From the NCBI RefSeq assembly GCF_006345805.1, contig NC_043011.1, positions 26,548,464 through 26,612,463 on the forward strand: DNA of 64,000 bases, in the 5' to 3' direction. The translations under genes and the position numbers were made by a program. Under the pieces are notes generated by a model, which did not search any database, was not told where the DNA came from, and saw nothing but the letters and a program-made list of their open reading frames with translations. How positions within the stretch are numbered: the stretch's first letter is position 1; every line of letters begins with the position of its first letter. This document shows, in pieces, positions 1 through 12,867 of this stretch. This DNA is from Octopus sinensis. Lineage: Eukaryota.

Positions 1-549
1 CTGGATTATATGTGTATTTGCTTTCACGGAAATCATCATTATCATCGTTTAACACCCTCCTTCCATGCTGGCATAGGTTGGATGGTTTGACAGGAGCTGG
101 CCAGACAGAAGCCGGCACTATACTTCTGTGTCTGTTCTGGCATGGGTTTTTATGGCTGGATGCCCTTCCTAACAGCAATCACTGTGCAGAGTGGGCTGAG
201 TGCCTTTTAAAAGGCACCAGCACAGGCAGGGTCAGTTTTGGCATGGTTTTTACAGCTAGATGCCCTTCCAAATGCCAACCACTTTAGTGTGGACTGGATG
301 CTTTTTAAGCGGCACCTGCACTGACAAGGTCACCAAGTAACTAAGCAAAACAAGGAATCTTTGAGAGAGGAAGAGGAATGGAGGTGATCTTGTGCCAGAT
401 GATGAAAGGTTAGAGTATGACAGAGACAGAAACAGATGTCTTGGTGTAGAGGAGGTACATGGTTACCCAGTCAGAGAGAGAGAGAGAGAGAGAGAAATGG
501 AAGACAAATGAAAGATGGGAACAAAGCAAGCGAGAACGTAACGAAATAC

Positions 550-744
550 CTTGTGTATTTACAGGTTCATCATCTTCATCATCATAATTATCATTATGAT
601 CTTCTATTGACTCACTGTCAACTGGCAAATTAGTATCATCTTCATCATTAGAATCATTTAAATTAAGCTGCTCTAAGTTCTGAACTGAAGGTTGACCTTC
701 TTCAGCATCATAACTGGCTGCCTCGGAGTTGTCACTAACCGTAT
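550..744 (-). CDS. EIF2D: EIF2D exon 7, acidic linker (DTVSDNSEAASYDAEEG...EPVNTQ)
   Basis: ttttttgtag/ acceptor, CAAG/gtattt donor; 195 nt open, D/E-rich; lies inside track ORF 410..784. Confidence 0.88.
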
Positions 745-748
745 CTAC

Positions 749-780
<32 letters not shown>

Positions 781-3700
781 TCACTTAACATACCATATTT
801 TTTTAATACTGCAAGAATCAGCATCATCATCATTTAAAGTACATTTTTCAGACATTTTTAAGGTACATTTTTCAAACGAAATTTGTTGAGGCAGATTTTC
901 TGCAGCTAGATGCCTTTCTTGTCACCAACCCTCACCTGTTTCCAAGCAAGGTGATATTTCTCCATAGTCAGATATATTCTTCATGGAAGGCTGAAAATAA
1001 ACAATATTGTTTGTATGACAGTGATACTCATTTACCACTATCATATTATGCCAAGACAAAGATACACACAAACACACACATACGGCAGTCTTCTTTCAGT
1101 TTTCATCTACCAAATCCACTCACAAGGCTTTTGTCAGTGCCAGGGCTATGGTGGAAAACACTTTCCCACGTTACCATGCAGTGGAACTGAACCTGAGACA
1201 ACACAGTTGAGAAGCAAGCTTCTTAAGCACATGCTTACACTTGCACCTATATTATCATATTATCATTATATTAAAGACATTAACATCCTACTTAATGATT
1301 CATGTTGGCAGTATACATTTCGTTTTGCGACACATACATTTATAAAGTTTGAAATATTCTTAATGAAAGGAAACAGCATTTGAACTCGATCAATTTTAGA
1401 ACTGCAGCTATCTCAAGAAAAACATAAACAAAAGAGAAACAAATAGAATATATACATGATAGTCATCATTTCATACATAGTTATATAATACTAATATATA
1501 TTGAATATGAGTAAAATTATTGAATATGGTATCACCTTAATACACTTCCGCCTTGTCCAAAAATTCCTCTTCTGGTAATTTTTTTTACTTAAGGCAGCAA
1601 CATGTGCTCTCTCATTCATTCACCTAGCAGCTATAATCCCGAGCACAGATAAGATAAGTTTGAATGCTTATTTTCACTTCTCGACCAATCATACATGTTT
1701 TTCTATCTGTTGTTATTTATCTATCTAACTATTGTATCTAATTTCTCCTCTATTAATTCTGCCTGACCAAGTCTCGCTCTATCATCTATTTTCAACCTTC
1801 CCGTATTCGCGGTGCACCCACCCTGCCCACCCCAACCACCAATACCGGATATCTCTATATTTTTGCTCCATCTATACCGGATGTCGCTTCTCCCACCACC
1901 ATTATAGGTGTCTACTCTTCGAACCCCCCTCCTCAATACGCTATTTCACCATGCATTACCCCTCTCTTGATATCCTACATTCTACTTGCCTAGAACCTGT
2001 CATCATTTCTCTGAACCACCCCTCCCCACTGGTGCTCCCCTATATTTATGCACCCCCCCCCCACATAAAAAGCACCATCCGAACGTGGCCGATGCCAGAC
2101 CCCTCTGGCACCTGTGCAGGTGGCACGTAAAAAACACCCACTACACTCGCGGAGTGGTTGGTGTTAGGAAGGGCATCCAGCTGTAGAAACACTGCCAGAC
2201 TAGACTGGAGCCTGGGGCAGTCCCTAGCTCCCCAGACCCCGGTCGAAACCGTCCAACCCGTGCTAGCGCGGAAAACGGACGTTAAACGATGATGATGATG
2301 ATGATATATATATATATATCAAGTAATCAGTAATATATATTTACAACATAGATCATTATGAGAAAATTGATAGCATAAAGAAACTGCTTTAAAATATGCT
2401 TTAATAGGAGAGGTCTGATTTTCTAAAACTTAAGATTTCTTGACTCGAACCTTATATCACGAAATGTACTTATTTTCTGGCTTCATAAACTAACACCTCT
2501 ATATGGCAATAATTACACTCATTACGAATGAGTCCAATTATATAACTATTCATTGGTCAGTCTGAACTATTTATCAACAAAACCCTGCATTGTATAAACA
2601 AAGAAAACGAATTCAAAGTAGCAAGTAATTTGTTTAAATAGTGGTAATTTCTTTACAACTACTAATTTGTAATAGTTAAAATATTTTCAGATATGACTGG
2701 TTAAAGAGTTAGATGATGATGATGATGATGGTTTCAGGTTCAGTTCTACTGCATGACACACCCGGCTACCCAAATCCTGCTGAGTAGATTTGGTGGGTGG
2801 AAAGAGAAATAAGCCCGTCATTGTCATGTGTGTGCTGACATTGCATGATAGCTGCAAACTAGTGTTACTGTGATAGATGCAATGAAATTTGTTATCAATC
2901 TTCTGAGAAGACATGTTCCACTATGGTGAAATATTACCTTATTTGGAAACAAGTAAGAGTTGGCAACAGGAAGGACATCAAGCTATAGTGAATGTTCCAT
3001 GAATTTTGGCTGACCCATGCACACATGGAAAAGTGAACTTTAAAATAAGGTAATAATAATAATATATACCCATCCAACCCATCATGATGTAAAATAAAGG
3101 CATGGCTGTGTGGTAAGAAGCTTGCTTCCCAACCACAGGCTGACCAAAGCCTAGAGAGTGGATTTGGTACATGGAAACTGAAAAAAGCCCATTGTATATA
3201 TATATAACTCTGTTCACCGGGAGCTGCACAAAGCCAGATTTCATGGGAGGGCTACAATCAGAAAACCACTACTTTCAAAAACAAACATTGCAAAACATTT
3301 AGAGTCGAGTAAAAATCTACAGAACTGAGCAGTGGAAGATTGATGTTTTCTCGGACGAATCATCCTTTACCTTATTTCTGACACCCGCAAAGTATACGTG
3401 TGGAGACAGCCAAAAGAAGCATTTGACCCAGACTGCCTTCTTCCAACTGTTAAGCATGGAGGAGGATTTGCGATGATCTGGGGAGCAATATCTTGGAAAT
3501 CTGCTGGCCCAATTGTTTCCCTTCATGGCAGAATTAATATTCAAGACTATTTAAGCATTTTATCTGATCAAATTCATCCTGTGGTTGCAGAACTGTTTCC
3601 GGAGGGAAAAACAATCTTTCAGGATGATAATGTACCAATTCACACAGCTAAAGTTGTTACTGAACAGCACAAGGAACATTCTAGTGAAGTTGAACATCTT

Positions 3701-4008
3701 ATCTGGCCACCAGTCCCCAGATATCAGTATTATTGAACATTTATGGTGCATTTTAGAAAAACAAGTAAGAAGTCTATATCCTCCACCATCATCACTACAA
3801 GAACTAGAGACTGTTTTAGCTGAAGAATGGACAAAAATTCCTTTGGAAACGATTCAAACTTTGTATGAGTTCACACCTTATAGAATTCAAGCTGTAATTA
3901 CTGCCAAAGGCGGTCCTATCCCATACTAAAATAAATTTGTTTGAAATTTTAAGGTGTTTCTATTATTTTGTTCAACCCCTGTATGTCTGTCTGTCTGTCT
4001 ACACACAC

Positions 4009-4042
<34 letters not shown>

Positions 4043-5611
4043 GCATGTCTGTATCTTTGTGTCTGTGTTAGTCCCCTCATCACTGCTTGATAACTGGTGT
4101 TGATGTGTGTACATCCCCGTAACTTAGCAGTTTGGCAAAAGAGACCAATAGAATAAGTACTAGGCCTTAAAAAAATAAGTCCCAGTGTCGATCTGTTTGA
4201 CCAAAACACTTCGAGGCAACGCTCAAGCATGACCACAGTCAAATGACTGAAACAAGTGAAAGAATAAAAGAATATATGCACACAAACATGCATGCATACA
4301 TAATACATACATACATATGTATAAATGTTAAAATTTGAAAGAAAGAGATGCTACAAAAATTATGATAACTTTTCTTTATATCAAACTAGCAGTATCACCT
4401 GGCGTTGCTCAGGTTTGTAAGGGAAATAACTATATAAGCATTTTTAGAGAGTTACTTCTCTTATTTAAAAGCAAAAAAATGCATTAAAAATGGGAAAAAA
4501 TGATGGTAAATTTTTTTTAAAATCATAGACTCATCATAGACGCGTGCTAATACCCAGAAGGGCTCGATATGAATCACGACTATAAGATACCCGGTTTTGG
4601 TTAAACTGCACCACAAAATGTGGGAGTAGTTAGGAATCTAAATCGTAGGAGACAGACACTCACACAACTTCACTTTTATATATAAAGATGTATCACAAAA
4701 GCAACCACAGCCTGTTTACATTTATAACTATCATCTTTATTTTCACATCTGCTTTCCATGCTATCATGAGTTGGTTGAGTCATCAATGTTAAAATCACTT
4801 CTTGTTTGGAACCAATTCCTTTCTAGACAGGTTGGAAGGCCATATCTTACTCACACATTTCATTTTTAGCTATGACTGGATGCCCCTAACGCTTTAGTAT
4901 TCAGATTACTCTATCAAATATTAAGTTTGTTTAGCTATATTGTTTTGAATTAATTATGCATTATCTTGTAGTTTAGAGATTTCAATGATGTGGACATTGT
5001 AGACAACACAGACCAGGTTAAATATTTTAGCTGGATGTGGTCAGTTTGAATGCTAAAGGTTTAAAGAGTTTATATAATCAGAATTACATTAACAAGCTCA
5101 TACACATTTAGCAGAACATGTATAGGTTAACTATCAAGAGAAAAGAATATAAAAAATACTTTACTTACCAGAAGGAATAAGAGGTGGTTCTGATTTACTC
5201 CCAGCAGCCCTGAATCAATAGGATCAATTATTCATTAGTAAAACATTCACTATAGTTTCACAGTAGCTATTGATCATTAATTAGCTCTATCATTAATTAG
5301 GACAATAATTATTAAATAAATATTTCTAGGCGTGACTGCATGGTAAGATGTTTGCTTCTTGATTTAGCCCCACTGCATGGCACTTTGTGTGAGTGCCTTT
5401 TACTATAGCCTTGAGCCGACCAGAGGATTTGTTAGACAGAAACTGAAAGAAACTCATTGTGTGTATGTGTGTTTGTCCCCTACCACTGCTTGACAACCAG
5501 TGTTGGTGTGTTTGTGTCCCCATAGTTTAGCGGTTCAGTACCATGCAGTGGGACTGAACTCGGAACCATGTGGTTGGGAAGCAAGCTTGTTACCACAAAG
5601 CCACTCCTGCG

Positions 5612-5662
<51 letters not shown>

Positions 5663-8600
5663 TTCAATACATTCTTAAAAATAATTAGTGAATAAAAATA
5701 AAACAGACAACAGAAATTTAATGTCTATCTTACCAGAGTTCATCACCATAATAATGAATAATTGTCATCCCCTTCCCTTTCATAGCACTTTCATACATGT
5801 CAAGACCAGACATCAGCATTTTGCCAATAGCCAAAGGAGATCTGCAGGAAAAAAAATGATATATAAATATAACAGTTTATTTCATATAGATTTTATACAT
5901 ACATAAACACACATACACATATATATTAATTGTTCTTATACAAGAATGTTGTTGACAGTGACTCCGAAGTTTTGGCCAGCTAAGCCAATGTCAGACTGTG
6001 ATGCATTAGAGTTAGTCTTGCTTTTATATAGTCTCTGTTGAGTTAAAATCATTTTTGGGTGTGTTTCAGTGGGGTGGAAATTAGATTTTTATAGAAAGAT
6101 GTTTTAAAATTTTTTTATTGATTAAATTTGGGGTTATTCACTTTCCAGTTATGTCTTGTAACAACAATTCATATATCTTGATATGTCCTGTTTGCTTTAA
6201 ATTAGAAATGTTGGCAGCAATCAATAAAAAAAAATGCTTCACATAACCATAGTTACTGATTGCTGAATAAGTTTATGGTGTAAAATAAATGCTTAGAAGC
6301 TTAGCATTAACCCACAATTTAATATAACTTCTGTGAAATTAAAGCTATGAATCAGTGGCAACACAACACGGCAAAACAATGACATGAAAGGATTAAATTT
6401 TATATCAGAACGTATTAGAAAATTAACTGGGAAATTTCTTTAATGAATGAATACATAATAAATAAAAGAAGGATTTGATGATCAATCTATATATAAATTT
6501 AAGAAACATAAATAACATTTAAAATAAAGCATTGAAAAATAGTTACGTAGAAATATTCTGAAAACTACTTTGCTGTATCAGTTTTCATCCTCAGTAATTT
6601 CAAACCCTTTGCACAATAACAATAACAAAATCAAACATTATTATTAGATTTATTGTAAGGTTTCAGGATTTGCCATAAATCCAAGCTTTAAAATTTACTG
6701 AACTGGCTCACCACCGGTTATAACGACGAGGGTTCCAGTTGATCAGATCAACAGAACAGCCTGCTCATGAAGTAAACGTGCAAGTGGCTGAGCACACTTA
6801 TCCTTAACCCAGTTCTCAGGGAGATTCAGTGTGACATAGAATGTGACAAGGCTGGCCCTTTGAATTACAGATACAACTCATTTTTGCCAGCTGGGTGAAC
6901 TGAAGTAACATGAAGTAAAGAGTCTTGCTCAAGGACACAACACACTGTCAAGAATCAAACTCACAACCTTACGTAAACTGATTACCCTAACCACTAAGCC
7001 ACATGCCTTCAAAGTTATTGAACATACTTACTGGTTGCCCTGAACATTGACAGAACAAACGTCTCCCTTTTTTATATGTTTGAAGGTCCATGGGAACACA
7101 TCTCCTTTCATTATTACACCAGGAAGCATTAAATCTTAAAAATAAAAAAGACAAATCCATTACCTTTCAAGTTAATTTTCAGACTAACATTTAAATTTTT
7201 TTTTGTAAGTTAAAATAGAAGACTAGTAACTCATAAACAATACGATTTAACATTGAGTAGTTTACCATATAATTCCAAGTAGTCATGTTAGAACCCAGAT
7301 TGACAAGTTCAATGTACTTGTCTCTATTGTTGACCAAACAGCAAACTGCAACCAAGGAACCAGAGAGATACTTGGTGCACAAAGATCAGTCATGCGGTCA
7401 CTCAATACAATATGGAGAGACTGTGCCCTCAGCAAAAGCATCAAGCTAAAACTTTTAAAAACCTTGTTCTAGCCAGCAGCACTGTATGGGTGTGAAGTAT
7501 GGAGCCTAAAGATGACAGATACTAAGCAATTAAGGCTGTTTATGCTGACATGCTACAGGCAAGTATTGTAGATAAAGTGGGTGAACAGCTCTGTCCTAGA
7601 GAGGATGGGAACATGAGTTGCTGATGATGATGATTAAAAAACAAATACTGCAATATTTTGGTCATGCTACCAGAGACTAAAACCTCTGTACCTGCATCCT
7701 TGGAAGTTAGATAGGCAGAAAACATCATCATAATAGTGGTGAATTCAAATTTTGGCACAAGGCCATCAATTTTGGGCAAGGTTGTAAATTGACTACATCG
7801 ACCCCAATGCATTGCACCTAGGAAGTTACCCTGCAAGGCACAAGTCCAGGCAAGGTTGCTTATGGAAGACAAGCAGTTGCTCATGCATACTAGCCTTTCA
7901 TTTCTACAGCTGAGTGAACTGGAGCAATGTGGAATAAAGTGTCTTGCACAAGGATACAACACACAGTTCAGTCTGGGAATTGAAATCATTACCTCATGAT
8001 TGTGAGCCTGGCGCTCTAACTACTGAACTATGTGCCTTCACACACTGACATATACTTTTATACATACATACACACTCATATATCATGAGCTTCATTCAGT
8101 TACCATCTATCACATTCACTCACAAGGCTTTGGTCAGCCGGAGTTATAGGAAAAGACATTTGCCAAAGTTGTCATGCAATGGAACTGAACCCGAAACCAT
8201 GTGGTTGAGAAGCAAACTTCTTAACCACACAGCCACACCTGTATCTTTATCACATATGAGTAACAAAAACAAAGATGGAGCAATGACATGAAGGACTGGA
8301 TGGAGAGGACTATATAGTTTCAGAATAAGACCCCAGTGTATGGTGAGGAGTGGTGGTTGTGTCAGAAACCTTTAATTTCATCTACGAAGATGGGAATATT
8401 CTTTATTTCTTTTTCTAATCAAGAAAAACTTTAGTAACGTAACTGATACATGAAAGGTTAACTTTTTAGCATTAAGATTACTCTGACAAATGTAAAGCTT
8501 TTATATTCAAATTGTTTTGAATAAATCATGCATTCTCTTATACTCTTGAGGTTTCAATTATGTGATTGGTTATTTTCAGAATGTCAGAGTAGGTTAGGTG

Positions 8601-11600
8601 TGAGAGGTTAGATATGGCCAGTTTGAATATAAAACATATAGAATATTTGGGCCAGATATGACCAATTTAAATGCTAAAGGGTTAATGTAGTTATTCTCTT
8701 TCTCTGTCTTTAAGAAAAGGCACTATGATGTCTATCTTATTATACCTAATGTTTTCTAGAAACTGTGTTGTAAATCCACATACACATATAAAGATTATAG
8801 TGAAATATAAACAGATTATAATAAGCTGGTTTATGTTGACTATATGGTTAAATAGATTGAAAGAAATTAATAGGTAAAAGAAAATTAAAGGCATCATCAG
8901 TTTATCTAAGACAAGGCACTGATAACATAGATAAGTTTACTTAACAACTGCATAGTTTAGACTGCAATCCCATTGTACCTTGGACAAGTGTCTCTTACAA
9001 AAGACGCAGAATAACCAATGCCAAGATGGATGCTTTAAGTTGAGCCAACAAGCAGGAGATATAGGGGTAGACCATGAATGAGATAGCTGGATAATGTCCA
9101 TAATCTCAGTTGGTCATGCTTGGGAATCCAGCTGATAAGTGTAATGATAGTTGCTTCTGAAAGGATCCTACAGAGGAGATTATCTGAGGACTCTACCTCA
9201 ACAAGCTTTCCAGGAACAGTATACAAATAAAAGGGATGAATGGATGAAAATTGTGGTAAACCCAAAGAAGTTTGAGAACCACTTAACTAATTGATGTAAA
9301 TATATACAAAAAGAACCATAGAAAAGAAATGATTTTACCAGCTCCTCCTGCAATCTTTGTGAAAACTGTAGGCCATGTTGTAAATGGTTCCAGAAGTTTT
9401 GGGTGTTTCCATAGAAGGTAAACTGTAAAAGATATTTTTTTTTAATGTTACAACAAAATATGTTTACTCTTTACTCTTTTACTTGTTTCAGTCATTTGAC
9501 TGTGGCCATGCTGGAGCACCGCCTTTTAATCGACAACTCGACCCCGGGACTTATTCTTTTGTAAGCCCAGTACTTATTTTATCGGTCTCTTTTGCCGAAC
9601 CGCTAAGTAACGGGGACATAAACACACCAGCATCGGTTGTCAAGCAATGCTAGGGGACAAACACAGACATACAAACACACACACGCATATATATATATAT
9701 ACATATATACGATGGGCTTCTTTCAGTTTCCGTCTACCAAATCCACTCACAAGGCTTTGGTCGGCCCGAGGCTATAGTAGAAGACACTTGCCCAGGGTGC
9801 CACGCAGTGGGACTGAACCCGGAACCATGTGGTTGGTAGACAAGCTACTTACCACACAGCCACTCCTGCGCCTATGTTTCTGTACATTTTAAAGAAAAGT
9901 TGTACAACATTTAACACTTCATCCATGAAAGTATATATTCTTTGCAAATAATTCTCCAGTTTAGTTTTGACTAACATATATTATAACTGCTGTAATCAAA
10001 TAGTGAGTGTGTCTGTCCTTTTTTTATTGATACCCCGTATTACTTTAGTCACAGTTAACGAATCTTTATTACAATTAATTCATTAAATATTTTTGTAAAT
10101 AAAACATACTAAAAAATGAGAAAGCTCTTACACATTTTAGATTAACCTTTTTGCATTCAGATTACTCTTGTCAAATGTAATGCTTATTTATTCACATTAT
10201 AGTCATGTATTATCTCGTAGCTTGTAGATTTTGATGATGTGATTGATTATTTTTAGAATGACATTAGAAGGTAGGTGTGAAAGGCCAGATCTGGTTGGTT
10301 TGAACATAAAACAGGTAGAATATATACACCAGACATGGCTGGTTTAAATGCTAAATAGTTAAGTTTTTTTTTAAAATCTAGTCCAGATAGTATTTATAAG
10401 GTTAATTTTTTAATCTTATCATCATCATTATGTGCATCAAAGATCTTTCAACACCTCCTTGATCTTGGCCATCAGCTCAGCTACAGCGTTGCAGAAAAAG
10501 TGGTTGGTGTTGTTCTCAACCATATCTCACACAAAGTAATCTATGGGGCTACAATCAAGAGAATTAGGAGGTCAGAAATTGGGGCTGATGAAGTCGTAGA
10601 AATTCTCTGACAACTACTTCTGACTCTTTCTGGAGGTATGGCATGTAACTGAATCCTGCTGCAAGACACATGGCCTTCCAGCAGTAACTCTCTCAAGCCA
10701 GCGAGTGACCAGTCTCCAGTAGCTTCACAAAGCTATCTGAATTGGGCCTAAGGCCATGTTCAAAGGTGTGAGGATGAATTTCAGCAAAAAGCGATTAGTA
10801 TATACTGAACGATCAAACTGCAAAATTTGCAAGTATAATACTGAACGGTCAAAAAAAAATAGAAGCTCAACCAATTTATATAATTTAATAATGACTACAA
10901 TCTTTAAACTTTAATTCAAATAAAGTCAAAAATCACTAAAGAACTGGCTCACCTGTTGGATAAAATGTTTTATGGAGTTCAAACACAAGAGGATCTCTCT
11001 GATAAAAATAGACAAAGCCAATTTCCCCAGTGTGTGTAGAAATTTTCATAACAGAAACATCGCCTTTGCTTGGACATAATTCTTCAAGAGCTTCTTCATC
11101 TAAAGATGGGAAAGCTTTAACTAAGTCAGCTCTGAGTTTCTTCCTAAAATCATAAATTCAAAATCAGATAAAAAAGAAAGTATTATATAATTGTGTATTA
11201 AAATGTGCTTATTCTGGAAATAGGAAATGACAGTTTTTTAATATATGTCATTTTACACAAATATACAGGTTACAAATTTAGTATAGTATATATTTCAGTG
11301 CTATTTTATTGAAATCTGTTTGTTGAACCACTAAGTTACAAAACAAAAACAGACAACATAAATAACAACATCAGTTTTCAAACTGGTGTTAGCATAAAGC
11401 AGCCACAAACAATATTGACTGCATATTTCGTGTTTATGCACCAATGTTTTTATATTATTGTGCTAAACAGATATATGTATCAAGTATATAGATGGATGGA
11501 AAGTTGTGTTTTGAAAAAGTTTCCCTTGCAACTGCATGGTTTTGTACTCTATTCCATTGTATGAGATTTTGGGCAAGCACTCGCCTTCAGATTGAATGTT

Positions 11601-12804
11601 ATAAGCCATATATGTACATAATCTTCATCTTCTCCATCATCACCTTTCAAAGCTGGTATGGGTTGGATGGGATATGAAGGAGAGGAAACAGTAACACACA
11701 CACACACACACATATAGGGCGTTCAAGCTAAATCTGGCAGTTTGCATAAAAGGAAAAGGAAGCACAACTTCCCTTCCAAAAATAAAAGTATTTCTAAAAA
11801 AATTTTTTAAATATCAATTAGATTATGGCTGGGAGATAGTTTACTCAAAGTAGCCACCGTTAGCTTCCACCATGGCCTCAAGACAGCTACAGAACCTGGT
11901 CCAAGCATTTCTCATTGTGTTCCTGAGATCTTTGAACAACTCCTTGATCTTAGCCGCCTGCCTTGGTGTTGCAGGAAAAGCAGTTGGAGTCTTTCTCAAC
12001 CAAGCCTCACACATAGTAATCCATGGAATTACAACTAGGGGAATTAGAAAGTCAGAAACTGAGGCAGGTGAAGTTGCAGTGATTCTCTGACAACCACTTC
12101 TTGTTCTTTCTGGAGGTATAGCAAGAAGCTGAATCCTGCTGCCACACACATGGTCTTCCAGCAGTAACTCTCTCAAGTCAGGGAGTTACGAATTTTAATC
12201 TTTAATTATATTACTGAGTCAACTTAATATTCATGATGAATTTACCATCTATGGTATGTGTGCAGCACTCAACTAGCCCATCCAATGTTGATACTCAAAT
12301 ATCACAGTGAAAGTGAACAATAACATTCATTCTGTTAATTCAGATTTTGACTTGTTCTTTCAATATACTGTCAATAATCAAGGTGACACACTAGAAAGAG
12401 GAAATTACAGAGCTATTAAATTGTTGAAAGAGGATATGAAAGCTAGTAAAAGAATTGTAGGAATAATTGATTAAGATGAGAATTAACATAGATGCAGTGC
12501 AATTAAATTTTGTAAGGTAGATGTACCACTGATGCCATCTTCCTACTGAGTTAGTTAGCTGCAGGAAAAGTAACTATACACACATAATTTTTTATTCATC
12601 ATCATCTTATATTTTATACACACTTTTTTTACATGTTAACATCTACTTTTCTATGTTTGCTTGGGTCATACAGAACCATATAAACTTGTGTAAAAATTGA
12701 CCTTAAGTAAAGGTTTAAAGGCTGACTAATGACTTCTGAGTGGCATTAATAACAGAAACAGCCCATCCTATATGTGTGTATATTTCATGATGATGATGAT
12801 ATAT

Positions 12805-12867
<63 letters not shown>

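Noticed and set aside
6578-6606. Possible alternative last exon GFEITEDEN* in EIF2D intron 4
   Set aside because: Weak acceptor and wrong phase after exon 4 (gives QV*).
7164-7183. Possible 20-nt micro-exon (ttag/TCTGAAAATTAACTTGAAAG/gtaat) in EIF2D intron 3
   Set aside because: It would introduce an immediate stop and leave a 29-nt downstream intron, too short to splice.
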